IMG/VR virus record: IMGVR_UViG_3300047457_000974
Location: 2,209-66,208 of that record
From: a virus
Taxonomy: Duplodnaviria; Caudoviricetes
Reading direction: 5' to 3' (one strand)
Length of the DNA: 64,000 nucleotides
Shown: one piece after another, positions 18,359-29,347 of the stretch
How positions within the stretch are numbered: the stretch's first letter is position 1
Layout of the letters: the number at the start of each line of letters is the position of its first letter
Program-made: the position numbers and the translations under genes
Notes under the pieces: generated by a model
The model's input: the letters and a program-made list of their open reading frames with translations, nothing else
What the model was told of the DNA's origin: nothing
Database searches by the model: none

Positions 18359-21300
18359 ATGGCGGACTACACCATCACGCTTGATGCCGATCCTCAGCAG
18401 GTGCTGCAGGCATTCCGGCAGATTGAGCAAAATGCGCAACGTACTGGGCAGGTCATCGGCGAGCGCTTCGGCGAGGGCGTCAAGAGGTTTTCCACGGAAT
18501 CGCTGGCTGGCATGCAGGCCGAGCTGAACCGCCTCCAGCAACGGCAGCTCACCGTCGGTGTCAACACCGCAGCGTTTGACAAGCTCGGGCAGCGGATCAA
18601 TGAGGTTCGAGCGCAGCTTGATGCTGCTAGCCGCAAGCAGCTGTCGATCGGTGTAGACGATCGATCTGTGACGGCATTGCAAGCTCGCCTTTCAACACTG
18701 CAGGGCGAGCTGAACCGCGTTGCCATCGGCAGCAAGCGATTCCGAGAGCTGCAGGATGCAGTTGAAGCCACCAATCGCGAGCTGGCCAAGGCCGGCGAAA
18801 GCGCCGATGGGTTTCGCCTCCTGGATGGCGTCGTAGAGGGCATCGGCATTGGCATCACCAACTCCGTATTGGGTGCCGCCAGTGCTGCGGCCAATGCGCT
18901 GCAGGGCCTGGTGATGGACTACGCCCGGCTCGATACCGAGTTACGGCAGGCTGCAGCCGCAGACGGCACTGCCGGCGCCTATGACAAAATCGCCAGCGCG
19001 GTCGATCGTGTTGGCATCGAGGCCGCCGGCAGCACTCAGGACGTTGCCGCATTGGCTACTGAGCTGATTCGTGGTGGCATGACCGCCGATCAGGTTGGCG
19101 CATCACTGGGCGATATTGTCCGAGGCGCGGAAGCCACTGGCACGGCCTACGCCGCAATGGGCTCCAATGTATCGGCAGCGCTCAAGGGTTTCGGCCTGGC
19201 TGCCAGTGATGCCCGCCGCGTGGTGGACGCAATGGTGACCGGTGCCAATGCTTCCGCTACCAGCGTGGAAGGCATGGGCATGGCGTTCAAGTACGCCGCG
19301 CCAGTAGCAAAGATCCTGGGTGTTTCAATCGAGGACCTGGGTATTGCCGTGGGGTTGCTCACTAATGCTGGTATCGATGCGTCAGAAGCTGGCGTGACCC
19401 TCCGTAATGGCCTATCGAAGCTGGCCAGCGCTGCACCGCAGGCAGCAGGTAGCACTCAGCAGCTGTCCGGACAAGCCGCGGATGCTGCGCGAGCAATGCG
19501 CAGCCTTGGTGTCAATATCTATAACTCAAACGGCACCCTAAAGCCCATGCGCGAGACACTGCTTTCGCTCAAGGGTGCATTTGACAAGCTAGGGCCATCA
19601 GCCAAAATCCGCCTTGCTGCAAGCCTTTTCGGCGGCGAGGATGACGGCACAAAATGGCTTGCATTGCTCAATCAAAGCAATGAAGAGATCATCAAGATGT
19701 CTGACACTATGAGCAATACAGGCGGTGCAACCGATAAAGCTCGCGATGCAATGCAGGGCTTTGAGATGTTGACGAAACAAATCAGCGGAACAATCGGTAG
19801 CCTGGGCAATGTACTGGGAAAGGTTACCGTTGCTGCGCTAACGCCTTTTGTGCAGGTGGCCAATATCTTGCTCGGCGTGATGTCATCACTACCGGGTCCG
19901 GTTAAAGACCTGATCGCTGGAATGGTGCTGCTTACTGGTGGTGTCATCGCAGCTACGGCTGCTACGGTGATCTATCAGCGTGTGATGGCATCAGCTATAG
20001 CGCAAAAGTCTATCGCTGAAGTCACAGCACTTGCAAGTGCTTTTCGCACACAGCTCAGCGGTGGCATTACGGCAGCGGCGTCAAGGCTGCCGATGTTGAT
20101 TGGTGGCCTGACAAACCTGCTGCTGCGCATGGGATATGTGATCCTCGCGTACAACCTGTTCAAGGCAGTTACCGGCGCCAATGAAAGAGTTGGCAAAGGA
20201 TTTGCCGAGCGACTTGCCGAAACAAAGAAAGCCCTAGAAAGTATCACACCAGCAGCGGAAAAGGCCGGCAAAGCACTTGATGGCAGCGTAAAGGTTGACG
20301 GAGTAGAGCAGTTTCGTAGTGATATGCGGAGCTTCTTCGATATTGTCGGCAACTTTTCTCGCGCCGCTGATCTCAACACCATACGGGATCAAACAGCGCA
20401 GCTTCAATCTGCATTTGACGGGGTACAGGACTCTGCAATGCAGACTTTCGAGGCGCTGAAAAATGCAACCACTCTCACAGGAGAGCAACGCAAAGATCTA
20501 GGCGATCGCATCAAGGCGCTTGAGGCCATCAGCATTCAAGCCGATGCACAGGCAAAGGCGTATCGCACGCTTGCCCAGGAATATCGTGCAGCAGGTAGAG
20601 CTGCAGAAGCCAAAATTGCAACAAATAATGCCAACGCCATGCAAGCAGAGGCTGAAGTAGCAAATCGCCTGATTATCGGATTGAGAGAAATCGCAGTTCG
20701 CACCGAGGGCGCAGCTGCAGCGTCCGAGCAGTTCATGACTGTAACCGAACGTCTCACGGAGGCTACGCGTGCGCGCATCGCTGCCGAATCGCAGATCAGC
20801 AGAATCGATCAACAACTCTCTATTGGTAAAGCCATGCTGGAGATCAGCAAGGCAATGACCGAATCCGATCAATCGCGATTCAATATCAATAAAGCCAGCT
20901 TGGATCTTGAAATTAAACAGGCTCAGTCACGTGGCGCTAGTGAAGGCGCCATCGAAGCCATTAGATTGCGCATGGCCAGCAACGATCGCCAATCGCTTTC
21001 TGCTCGCTATCGAGCGCTTGTCGATGAGCAACGGATGCAAGCAAGTCTGCTTGAGCTAGAGCAAGCAAGAGAGACTATCTCTAAGCGCATGGAGCTCGGC
21101 GATCTTAGAAAAGAAAGACTTAAAGCGGAACAAGAGCTGCAGAAAGCCGCCTCCAATAATGAGAAGAAAGATATTGAGCTGAACATTGAACGGCTAGAAG
21201 CGCAGATTCAGCTCAGGGAAAGCGATATTCGGCTGCTGGAGCAAACACAGCCCATTCAGCGGCGCATCGCCGCCATTCAGGCTGAAACCGCACGATCTGC

Positions 21301-22612
21301 ATTGCAGGCCCAGGCGGCCCAGGACGGCTATCGCATTGCCGCTGGTGGATCCCTCGTAGCAGTCAACGCTCTGGCGCAACAGACGCAGCAAATAGCAGAG
21401 CGCGAGCTAGCCGCCAACCAGCAACGGATCAGGAACTCCGAGGCCGTTGCCGGCGCAGTGCAATCCATTGGTGCGGCGGAACAAAGCCGGTTTGGCGTTG
21501 CCCGTTCTGCACTGGAATATGAACTGCAACAAGCTGAAGCCAGAAAAGCCAACGAACGGGAAATAGCATCGCTTAGGCAGGCGATTGCAACTCAAGATCG
21601 ACTGGCACTAGAAGCCAAGTATCAGCAGCTGCTGCGTGAACATGAGCTAGAAATGCTCATCCTGGCTATTAAGCAACGGCAGCAAGAAACCACCTTGCAA
21701 ATGGGCGTGCGCGCAATAGAGCTTGACCTCAGCACCGCACAGATAAACCAGCTTCGCGCCAGGGAAAGCGGTGACCAAGCAGCTATCGCCGCCGCTGATA
21801 ATCTGGTTCAGAAACAGCAGATCCTGCTTGCGGGCGAACGCGAAAAGCTCCGGCTGACTCGTGAGGCGAATGCGCTCGAACGAGCAACAATAGTGATGCG
21901 GCAAAGTGCTGCGATCAATTCCGTCCGCGCCGAACAGGCATCGCGTGGCATGCCTATCGCGCCTGAAAACACTGCGGCGCAGATGCAAGCACAGCTAACG
22001 ATCAATCGAGCGCTAGGTAGCGTATTGCGAGAAAATGCACAACTTGCCAATGCTCAGTCCACGGCGGTTTCTCAAAATCAGCTTTATGTAAGCAGGGCTG
22101 CTGACGGTTCTATCGTTATCACAAATAGCCTCCTGGAATCGGCTCGTGCGGCACAGGAAATCAACAATGCGAACCTGGCTGGCGGCATGCGTGCTGCTGC
22201 CGATCAGGCCGAACGGTTCTTGGTCTCGCTGCGTTCTGCTGCTGCACTGCCCGCCGCCAGATTTGCCGGCGGCCCTGTCGAAGCAGGTGAGTCTTACCGA
22301 ATCAATGAGCTGGGGCAGGAGGCGTTCCTGTCTGCTGGTCGGCTGTCGATGATCGACGCGCCGCCCAATAGCATCTGGCGTGCCCCGTCAGAGGGTGTCG
22401 TCATCCCAGCTGGCATCACCGCCCGGCTGCAGGGCCGCACGCAGGCCACCATCTCGCATGGTGGCATCAGCGGCGGCACTGCCGAGCTAGCGATCGAAGT
22501 CGGCAAACTGAGGCAGGAGGTCGGCAACCTGGCCCGCCGCGACTGGTCTGTTCAAGTCACCCAGCGCACAGGGCCCACTGGCTCCCAGGTGATGCGAACA
22601 CTGCTGCGCTGA
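18359..22612 (+). CDS. Tail tape measure protein (TP901 family)
   Basis: 1417 aa, Ala-rich and helical; MGMAFKYAAPVAKILGVSIED...GIDASEAGVTLR core; RFAGGPV...YRINELGQE C-terminus. Confidence 0.93.
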   Translation: MADYTITLDADPQQVLQAFRQIEQNAQRTGQVIGERFGEGVKRFSTESLAGMQAELNRLQQRQLTVGVNTAAFDKLGQRINEVRAQLDAASRKQLSIGVDDRSVTALQARLSTLQGELNRVAIGSKRFRELQDAVEATNRELAKAGESADGFRLLDGVVEGIGIGITNSVLGAASAAANALQGLVMDYARLDTELRQAAAADGTAGAYDKIASAVDRVGIEAAGSTQDVAALATELIRGGMTADQVGASLGDIVRGAEATGTAYAAMGSNVSAALKGFGLAASDARRVVDAMVTGANASATSVEGMGMAFKYAAPVAKILGVSIEDLGIAVGLLTNAGIDASEAGVTLRNGLSKLASAAPQAAGSTQQLSGQAADAARAMRSLGVNIYNSNGTLKPMRETLLSLKGAFDKLGPSAKIRLAASLFGGEDDGTKWLALLNQSNEEIIKMSDTMSNTGGATDKARDAMQGFEMLTKQISGTIGSLGNVLGKVTVAALTPFVQVANILLGVMSSLPGPVKDLIAGMVLLTGGVIAATAATVIYQRVMASAIAQKSIAEVTALASAFRTQLSGGITAAASRLPMLIGGLTNLLLRMGYVILAYNLFKAVTGANERVGKGFAERLAETKKALESITPAAEKAGKALDGSVKVDGVEQFRSDMRSFFDIVGNFSRAADLNTIRDQTAQLQSAFDGVQDSAMQTFEALKNATTLTGEQRKDLGDRIKALEAISIQADAQAKAYRTLAQEYRAAGRAAEAKIATNNANAMQAEAEVANRLIIGLREIAVRTEGAAAASEQFMTVTERLTEATRARIAAESQISRIDQQLSIGKAMLEISKAMTESDQSRFNINKASLDLEIKQAQSRGASEGAIEAIRLRMASNDRQSLSARYRALVDEQRMQASLLELEQARETISKRMELGDLRKERLKAEQELQKAASNNEKKDIELNIERLEAQIQLRESDIRLLEQTQPIQRRIAAIQAETARSALQAQAAQDGYRIAAGGSLVAVNALAQQTQQIAERELAANQQRIRNSEAVAGAVQSIGAAEQSRFGVARSALEYELQQAEARKANEREIASLRQAIATQDRLALEAKYQQLLREHELEMLILAIKQRQQETTLQMGVRAIELDLSTAQINQLRARESGDQAAIAAADNLVQKQQILLAGEREKLRLTREANALERATIVMRQSAAINSVRAEQASRGMPIAPENTAAQMQAQLTINRALGSVLRENAQLANAQSTAVSQNQLYVSRAADGSIVITNSLLESARAAQEINNANLAGGMRAAADQAERFLVSLRSAAALPAARFAGGPVEAGESYRINELGQEAFLSAGRLSMIDAPPNSIWRAPSEGVVIPAGITARLQGRTQATISHGGISGGTAELAIEVGKLRQEVGNLARRDWSVQVTQRTGPTGSQVMRTLLR

Positions 22613-22616
22613 GACC

Positions 22617-23363
22617 ATGAGCATCACCGTCGGCAGCCTCGCCATCCGCAACCTGCAGCAGCTGCCGTTTGAGCACAACGGCGACAGCATCACAGGCCAG
22701 ACAGCTCGTCGCTGGCCGATCAAGGCGCTGCTCACGCCGGCTGAGTGGCTCACGCTGGATGGCATCTACACCACCTGGCGCAGCGCTCGCCTCGCTGACC
22801 CAGACACCATGGTTAGCCTCACGATCGGCAGCACCGTGGCCACCAGCGGCAGCATCTGGGGCATGAGCTGGAGCAATGTTGCCGCCTGGTTCTCTGCTCC
22901 GCCGACACCATCCGGCGCCGGCTCCTACGTGTCGGTGTCGTTCGAGCTGATCGATGCTGCACAGCAGCTGGCGGTCATGCTCCGCGGCGAAACTCGCACC
23001 GTTGAGACGCAGGACAATGAATCGACCTACGGCACCTACACGCTCGCAGGCGTTGTCCTGAACCTTACCGGTGCCTTGTATGACTACCAGGACGGACCAA
23101 CGGCTGACCTTAGCGCTGCGGGTGTGCATGTCATTAAGGGCGCCTTGGTGGCGAGCAGGGTGCTGCGCATCCAAGGCTGGACACATACGGCAAACGCTGG
23201 TAGCGCCATCCGCAGCTGGTACGAAACCCAAGTGGCAACACTGCCGACTGTCGGTGCGTTTTGGCCCATTAGCCCACCACAGATCGAGCAGGCGCCTGTC
23301 ATCGTCAATGGCGCCAGAGTGACGCGCTACCTGGTGACGGTTGATCTGTTGGAGGTTCGCTGA
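22617..23363 (+). CDS. Putative distal tail protein
   Basis: Immediately after the tape measure gene; beta-rich. Confidence 0.55.
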   Translation: MSITVGSLAIRNLQQLPFEHNGDSITGQTARRWPIKALLTPAEWLTLDGIYTTWRSARLADPDTMVSLTIGSTVATSGSIWGMSWSNVAAWFSAPPTPSGAGSYVSVSFELIDAAQQLAVMLRGETRTVETQDNESTYGTYTLAGVVLNLTGALYDYQDGPTADLSAAGVHVIKGALVASRVLRIQGWTHTANAGSAIRSWYETQVATLPTVGAFWPISPPQIEQAPVIVNGARVTRYLVTVDLLEVR

Positions 23364-25618
23364 TGGCCGTTGATCTGCGCGCTGTGGTTGCATCGGACCT
23401 AGGACTTGTCATCAGCGGTGACATCGGCGCTAATCACATTTCCGATCGTTCTGGACTGGTGATGACTGCCGGTCGCCTGGTGATCGATGGCCTGTTGGCA
23501 CCAGCACGCGGCACGGTAGTCAATCTGCTAGTTGCATGCCCGCAGCGCAATGCTGTAACACGGTTTCCGAAGGTGTTGCGGGTGATTCGCAGCAATGCTT
23601 ACCCTGCCGATCGCAGGACAGAAGTTTCCGTTGGCTGTGCTCTGACGCTATCAAAAGATCGGCGAGATACAGAGAACTATTTTGCGGTTGGCACGAATCC
23701 GATCAATGCACAGGACCTGCTGACGTTTTGCCTACAGCGGATTGGCATTGTTCAGGCGCCTGGCACAAGACAGCTGAGTCGCCAGTACCTGCTGCCACAG
23801 GTTGATCTATCCCGCGGCTATGTCGAGATCATTGGTGACCTGATCCGATCTGAAGGCTGCTTTGGCAGGCTACGGCCGGACGACAAGCTGGAAATCCTGC
23901 CGGCCACCATGCAATCGACCGGCAAAGGTCCAGTGTTGACCACTGCCGATTGGGTGACATTTGAGCCGATTGCATCCGGCAATGAACCGCCGGATCGATT
24001 CACCGTCCGGTACAAGGCGGCAGAGCGCAATGCGTCATCAGGGACAGGAGGCAATACAAATGAAACGGTTTCTCCACTGCTTGGGTATTGGACATCAAGC
24101 ACTACCGAATCGTCGCCAGATTATGTCTACGTGCGATACACAAACAATCAAGGCGTCGAAAAATCATTCAGCTATCTGAATCGAGTCAGGAGCACCAGTA
24201 GCACGGAATACCGGATGATTGAATACAGAGATAAAGACGGCAAAACACAGCGCCAAGACGTTACCAGCTACAAAATTGACATCAAAGAAGCAGCGGCAGG
24301 TTCGGTCAACTCCAGCCTGCTATCCAGCGTTCAGCGCTGGGACCTAGCGGTGGCCGGATTAAATCCAGGGCTTTTTTCTGTCCCCGTCGAATCTGTTAAT
24401 CAAACCTGGTACGAATACATATCAACAACCGATGGTCCGATGCTGGTACGCGAGGTCACTGAACAGAGAGTGAGCGAACTTGAGCTCGCAGCTAGCCTCA
24501 GTATTCCTGACTATGTAACGTTGGTGCCGTCTATCGGTGGCACCTTTGTGCCCACGCTGTACTACATGCCAGGGCTAGGAGCTGAGTACACGTCAACTCG
24601 CACGGTTGTCGAGTACGAAACAGTCACCATCAATGTCGGTGGTGGCCTTACAAGAACCGTCACCAGGACCAAGACCAGCCGCTGGATGTCACGGGGGCTG
24701 ACGCAAGAAGGACAGCAAGAGTTTCAGTGGCTCATCAAAGAAAGAAAGACCGATGCAATTATCCCTACGATTGTCCAAGAATACAGTGCATTGAAGTTTG
24801 AGGGCACCGAGGTGCAGACCAGCGAAGGCAAGCCCGCAATCGCAACCAGGCCTCAACCGCAAGATGTTGCAGCGGCAGGCATTGCGCAGAATGGCACCGC
24901 AGACAATACGGTTACCGGAGTTGTGCTTTACACCGCTGGCATGCCGTCCAATAACGTCACCACCACAGCAACGTATGACATGCCATTTTGCCCAGACGAT
25001 GTAACCACAGCAGGCGTTGCGCAGGCAGCAGCCCTGGCATTTGGGCAATCGGAAGCGGCGCTCGATGTTGGCCACGCTTACGGATTCAATGTCGTCACGA
25101 GCTTTGATCGGCTCCCAACACCTGAACTCTCACCGGTTTACATCCGCCTAGCAGGCATTGAGGTTGCATTCCTGACCGATAGCCTCAGCTATGCGTTCGA
25201 CGCCTCTGGCATGGTGGTTAGCAGTGACTTGATGCTGCTAGGCGTCACCGGGTACTACGGCAGCACTGCGCCTGCTAGCAGCTGGATACAACTGTCAGTG
25301 CCGACGTCTGCATTGCGGCAGACAGGGAACACTGCCGCTGATGCTGTAGCGGCCAAGGCCAACACGATTGCGTATCCATCCGCCTTTAATCCTCGCAATC
25401 CTGCAGCTGTATTTGCATTGCTTGGCAATACCGGTGTTGACACGTTCGCTGCGTACAAAGCCGATCAAACGGTAATTGGCCCGACCCTGGTATTTGACGT
25501 GCTTACTGCCATGGCTGGTCCACTGGTCGCCATGGTGGAGCTGGATTATCCGTTTGATACCGGCACCGAATCTCTCAGCGCCCTGACTGGTGTGCTGATC
25601 GCCTACGACGAGTGGTAA
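23363..25618 (+). CDS. Putative tail tip/hub protein
   Basis: 751 aa, Thr/Ser/Val-rich, second gene after the tape measure gene. Confidence 0.55.
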   Translation: MAVDLRAVVASDLGLVISGDIGANHISDRSGLVMTAGRLVIDGLLAPARGTVVNLLVACPQRNAVTRFPKVLRVIRSNAYPADRRTEVSVGCALTLSKDRRDTENYFAVGTNPINAQDLLTFCLQRIGIVQAPGTRQLSRQYLLPQVDLSRGYVEIIGDLIRSEGCFGRLRPDDKLEILPATMQSTGKGPVLTTADWVTFEPIASGNEPPDRFTVRYKAAERNASSGTGGNTNETVSPLLGYWTSSTTESSPDYVYVRYTNNQGVEKSFSYLNRVRSTSSTEYRMIEYRDKDGKTQRQDVTSYKIDIKEAAAGSVNSSLLSSVQRWDLAVAGLNPGLFSVPVESVNQTWYEYISTTDGPMLVREVTEQRVSELELAASLSIPDYVTLVPSIGGTFVPTLYYMPGLGAEYTSTRTVVEYETVTINVGGGLTRTVTRTKTSRWMSRGLTQEGQQEFQWLIKERKTDAIIPTIVQEYSALKFEGTEVQTSEGKPAIATRPQPQDVAAAGIAQNGTADNTVTGVVLYTAGMPSNNVTTTATYDMPFCPDDVTTAGVAQAAALAFGQSEAALDVGHAYGFNVVTSFDRLPTPELSPVYIRLAGIEVAFLTDSLSYAFDASGMVVSSDLMLLGVTGYYGSTAPASSWIQLSVPTSALRQTGNTAADAVAAKANTIAYPSAFNPRNPAAVFALLGNTGVDTFAAYKADQTVIGPTLVFDVLTAMAGPLVAMVELDYPFDTGTESLSALTGVLIAYDEW

Positions 25619-25651
25619 CGGCAAGCTGCAAGACCTACCGCCGCTACTGCC

Positions 25652-26053
25652 GTGACGTTTGCTATTACGCCAGGAGAGCTTGAGTTTCAGTATGGACTGG
25701 CGCTCAATGGACAGACCTACAAAATCTTTGCCGCCACGACCGGATCGCTGACGCTCGCCAGCACGTTGACGGCATGGGAGGCTGCAGAGATTGCCACAAT
25801 CAACGGCTACGCAGCTCTGACGGGCACCCTGCCAGCTGGCACCTATGACGCGACTGCAGGCCGATACACTCCGCCCATAATCAGCGGCCAGTTTGGCCCG
25901 GCAACTGGTGCCGGCTTTCAGTTCGATGCCATGGTGATCAAAATCGGGACCAGCCGCACACGACCGTATGCGGTGCGACTGCTGCCAGCTCCGGTGCTGC
26001 TGATTGCAGGTCAAACTCGATCGTTTGAGATCACGATTGGCACCAAGGTCTGA
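25652..26053 (+). CDS. Minor tail/structural protein
   Basis: GTG start after octamer 25620-25627. Confidence 0.55.
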   Translation: MTFAITPGELEFQYGLALNGQTYKIFAATTGSLTLASTLTAWEAAEIATINGYAALTGTLPAGTYDATAGRYTPPIISGQFGPATGAGFQFDAMVIKIGTSRTRPYAVRLLPAPVLLIAGQTRSFEITIGTKV

Positions 26054-27411
26054 TGTTAAATCTCACCCTAGAGGATGTACCATTTGCAATTCTTGATGCA
26101 GTCCAGGCTCGAATCCTGCGTAGCCGTGCGAGGCGTGATCCGCCGGCACGTCCACGGCCATCGTTGCGGCCACGACCCCAGCAGCGACGGTTTGGCGCCA
26201 GCAGCAGCCGATGGGTACGGCCACAGGCCGCTGTAGCTCCAGTTCAGAGGAGCCCAATTGGGCATCTCTGGTGGTTCGGCAAAGATGAAGGCATCACCAA
26301 TTTTGGCGTACGATACGATTCACTGTTTGGCCGTGTGACATATAGAGAGTGGTTTGTCGGATACAGATATACAACGCGGCTGTACTGCGGCAACGGCACA
26401 CAGTATATAGAAATTAGCCATGGCCTGCAGCAAGGCCAGATGTTGGCTGGTTATTCTGGTTTTTCGGTAGGATCCACTGTTGGAGCTACCATCGCTGAAG
26501 CGGGTGAGCAGGGATCTGATCTGTTCGTTATGCCAGCAGGCAGGGACAACATGATTGTATTGTTTTTTGCATGGAACTATAGGTCTTACATCAATACACT
26601 GGTTGAAATTGAGGAGTATTTTGGCGAATCATACGGTTCTATTGTGGCCAGCGCCAAGCGACCGGCGACAGGCACGTCGTCGGTCGTAGGAGGCCTGGAG
26701 TACGTACCGTTGTCTAGCTTCAGCAAGGCAGAGCAGGTCTCATCGGTTGTTAGAGCTTTTGTATGCAGCAATACTGGCATCAGGGAGATCACGGTGCCAT
26801 CTGGTTTTGCAGGCATCCGCAATGCAATTTTTTCTCAGTCTGTGCAGGACCATCGCTTCACCCATCGAGACGGGCTCAGTAACAGATTTTTTTATGCTGA
26901 TTCCACGATTCCAGTTTTTACCAGGCGATGGACCTACGCCTCGCTTGAATCCACCGCAGGCATGTCAATCTTCAGGGGTTACCCACGGACTCCAGCGGTT
27001 TACCACGTAGCGTGCAGCGCCTTGCCGCCAGCGTCTTTTGCTTGGAGCAATGTTATCGGCAATATCGTGCAACCAATCAATCCGCGCCTTGGCTGGATTG
27101 TGGATGAAGGGATTAGAGGCCACAATGGATACGACTACATGGATAGCAGGCCGCTGTACTACCGTCAGCTGCTGCGACCGATCGCCCAGATTCCTGATAC
27201 ATGGAGAGACGATCCATCAACTTATAGCGAAGAACAACCAGATCGATCGCATCGACTGCATCCAAATCGCATTGAGCCAGAAGGTTTCAGCCTCTTTTCA
27301 TCATTTGACCTACCGTCTGGACTGCGTGCTGTGTGGGACTGGGATAATCCGGGATACTGCCGTGACGTATGCCTAGCACTGGGGTTCCGTGCCGCTGATC
27401 TTCAGCCATGA
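26053..27411 (+). CDS. Hypothetical tail-associated protein with a lower-GC central region
   Basis: 452 aa coupled ORF. Confidence 0.55.
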   Translation: MLNLTLEDVPFAILDAVQARILRSRARRDPPARPRPSLRPRPQQRRFGASSSRWVRPQAAVAPVQRSPIGHLWWFGKDEGITNFGVRYDSLFGRVTYREWFVGYRYTTRLYCGNGTQYIEISHGLQQGQMLAGYSGFSVGSTVGATIAEAGEQGSDLFVMPAGRDNMIVLFFAWNYRSYINTLVEIEEYFGESYGSIVASAKRPATGTSSVVGGLEYVPLSSFSKAEQVSSVVRAFVCSNTGIREITVPSGFAGIRNAIFSQSVQDHRFTHRDGLSNRFFYADSTIPVFTRRWTYASLESTAGMSIFRGYPRTPAVYHVACSALPPASFAWSNVIGNIVQPINPRLGWIVDEGIRGHNGYDYMDSRPLYYRQLLRPIAQIPDTWRDDPSTYSEEQPDRSHRLHPNRIEPEGFSLFSSFDLPSGLRAVWDWDNPGYCRDVCLALGFRAADLQP

Positions 27412-27536
27412 CCGAGCAGCAGCAACCCATCACCGACGAACAGGCTGCCCTGGTGGATGCCGCGCAGATGCGCATCGCAACGCAGCGCCTGAAGCTACAG
27501 CAGAAGCAAGAGGCCCGGAAAGCTGGAAGGCCATAG
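27408..27536 (+). CDS. Small hypothetical protein (42 aa)
   Basis: MTEQQQPITDEQAALVDAAQMRIATQRLKLQQKQEARKAGRP; ATGA overlap with the previous stop. Confidence 0.4.
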   Translation: MTEQQQPITDEQAALVDAAQMRIATQRLKLQQKQEARKAGRP

Positions 27537-27548
27537 GCGTGATGCCCA

Positions 27549-28304
27549 GTGCCCGACCCCACCACCGTTGATACTCAGTCCCTGGAGGATGCCGCCAGCC
27601 AGACCACAGACGCCGGCAACGGCGACGACAGCCTCTCCGATATTGAGCGACTGAAGCATGCGTTAGAGCGCGAACGCAAGGAGCGCAAGCAGGCCGCTGC
27701 CCGTGCCGCGCAACTGGAGGCGCAGATCAAGCAGGCGGATCAGATCAACCCGCAGGTGATCCAGGAAGCCATCGCTCGTGCTCAGCAGGAGGAAGAGAAG
27801 CGCCGGTTGATCGAGGAGCAAACCGGCATCCGCCTGCGGGAGCTGGAGGGCAAGTACCAGGAGCAGCTGACCAAGGTGACCCGCGACCTGCAGGCCGCCA
27901 AGGAAGCCGCCGAACGTGAAGCCGTGCGCGTGCTGGCCGAGAAAGCCTTCCTTGCCGCCAAGGGCAGTGTCGAGGCCAGCAGCGTTGATGGCAAGACACC
28001 TTTCGACTACATCTGGCTGGCGTTCAACGATCGATTCCGCGCCGACAGGCAGGGCTTGTACCTGGTGGATGGCGATGGCGATCCGGTGATCGACGAGGAG
28101 ACCGGCAAGCGGTTGCCGCCCAACAAGTGGTTTCAGAAGCTGCGGCAGGACCCCGTGCATGGGCTGCATTTCCAACCCGAGTACGGCTCTGGCAGCGGCG
28201 CCCGCGGTGGCCGTGATGGCCGCGTGACCAGCACGAAGGATCTCTCGAAGCTCAGCACTAGCCAGCTGTTTCGTGAGGCATTCCAGCGCAAAGGCACGGC
28301 TTGA
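27549..28304 (+). CDS. Capsid scaffolding protein
   Basis: Coiled-coil LKHALERERKERK and GSGSGA tail; immediately before the major capsid gene. Confidence 0.8.
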   Translation: MPDPTTVDTQSLEDAASQTTDAGNGDDSLSDIERLKHALERERKERKQAAARAAQLEAQIKQADQINPQVIQEAIARAQQEEEKRRLIEEQTGIRLRELEGKYQEQLTKVTRDLQAAKEAAEREAVRVLAEKAFLAAKGSVEASSVDGKTPFDYIWLAFNDRFRADRQGLYLVDGDGDPVIDEETGKRLPPNKWFQKLRQDPVHGLHFQPEYGSGSGARGGRDGRVTSTKDLSKLSTSQLFREAFQRKGTA

Positions 28305-28395
28305 AGCCGCAGGCAACTTTGCGCAGACCCGGTAGGCGTGATGCCCACCAGCGACCAGGCGTGACGCCATCCAACCAAACAACCCCTAACCAGAG

Positions 28396-29319
28396 ATGGG
28401 ACTGACTCTTCTGGAGGCGGCTAAGTCGGAGCAGGATCCGGCACGCCTCGCTGTAATTCGTGAACTCTCCGAGGGAGAGCTGATGGGCGTGATTCCGTTC
28501 CAGGACGTGGAGGGCGAAGGCGTCTTCTACGACCAGGAGGGCGAGCTGCCTGCTGTCGGCTTCCGCGGCATCAACGAAACCCTGGACGCCACCTATGGCG
28601 TGCTCAACCCCCAGGCCGAGAAGCTCAAGATTCTGGGCTCCGAGATTGACGTGGATACCGCCATCATCGATATGCGCGGTCCGCAGGCAATCGCCGATCA
28701 GGTGCAGATGAAGGTCCGCTCCATGCGGCTCACCTTCGAGGATCAGTTCATCAACGGTGACGAAAGCGCCAACCCTCGCGCCTTCGATGGCCTGAAGCGC
28801 CGCATCAACGTCGGCAGCTCCCAGGCGATCAACATGGGCACCGCTGCCCTGTCGTTGTCGGCACTGGACGAACTGATCGATGCCGTTGACGCCATGGGCG
28901 GCAACAAGGTGCTGATCATGAACCAGAAGCTGCGCCGTCGGCTCTCGGCCGCGTCGCGTGCGACTGGCGTTGGTGGCTTCATCAACTACACGCAGGACGA
29001 GTTCGGCCGTCAGGTGCAGATGTATGGGGACATTCCCATCATCACCACCAAAGTGAACGCTCAGAACCAGCAGATCCAGCCCTTCAATGAGGCCAGCTCG
29101 ACCACCAGTATCTACTGCGTGGCCTTCGGTGATCTGCTCACTACCGCCTTGCAGGGCCGTGCCCGCGGTCAGTTTGGCGTCAGCGTGCGCCCGCTGGGCG
29201 AGGTGCCGGATGCGCCGGTCGATCGCACCCGGATTGAGTGGTATTGCGGCACAGCCATCTACAACGGTCGGTCTGCCGCCCGTCTGTATGGTATCACCGA
29301 TGCGGCCGTAGGGGCCTGA
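28396..29319 (+). CDS. Major capsid protein
   Basis: MGLTLLEAAK...LPAVGFRGINE...FINGD...AFDGLKRRI...LDELIDAV...RTRIEWYCG. Confidence 0.9.
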   Translation: MGLTLLEAAKSEQDPARLAVIRELSEGELMGVIPFQDVEGEGVFYDQEGELPAVGFRGINETLDATYGVLNPQAEKLKILGSEIDVDTAIIDMRGPQAIADQVQMKVRSMRLTFEDQFINGDESANPRAFDGLKRRINVGSSQAINMGTAALSLSALDELIDAVDAMGGNKVLIMNQKLRRRLSAASRATGVGGFINYTQDEFGRQVQMYGDIPIITTKVNAQNQQIQPFNEASSTTSIYCVAFGDLLTTALQGRARGQFGVSVRPLGEVPDAPVDRTRIEWYCGTAIYNGRSAARLYGITDAAVGA

Positions 29320-29347
29320 TCAATTCATCTAATCCTGGAGACTCATC

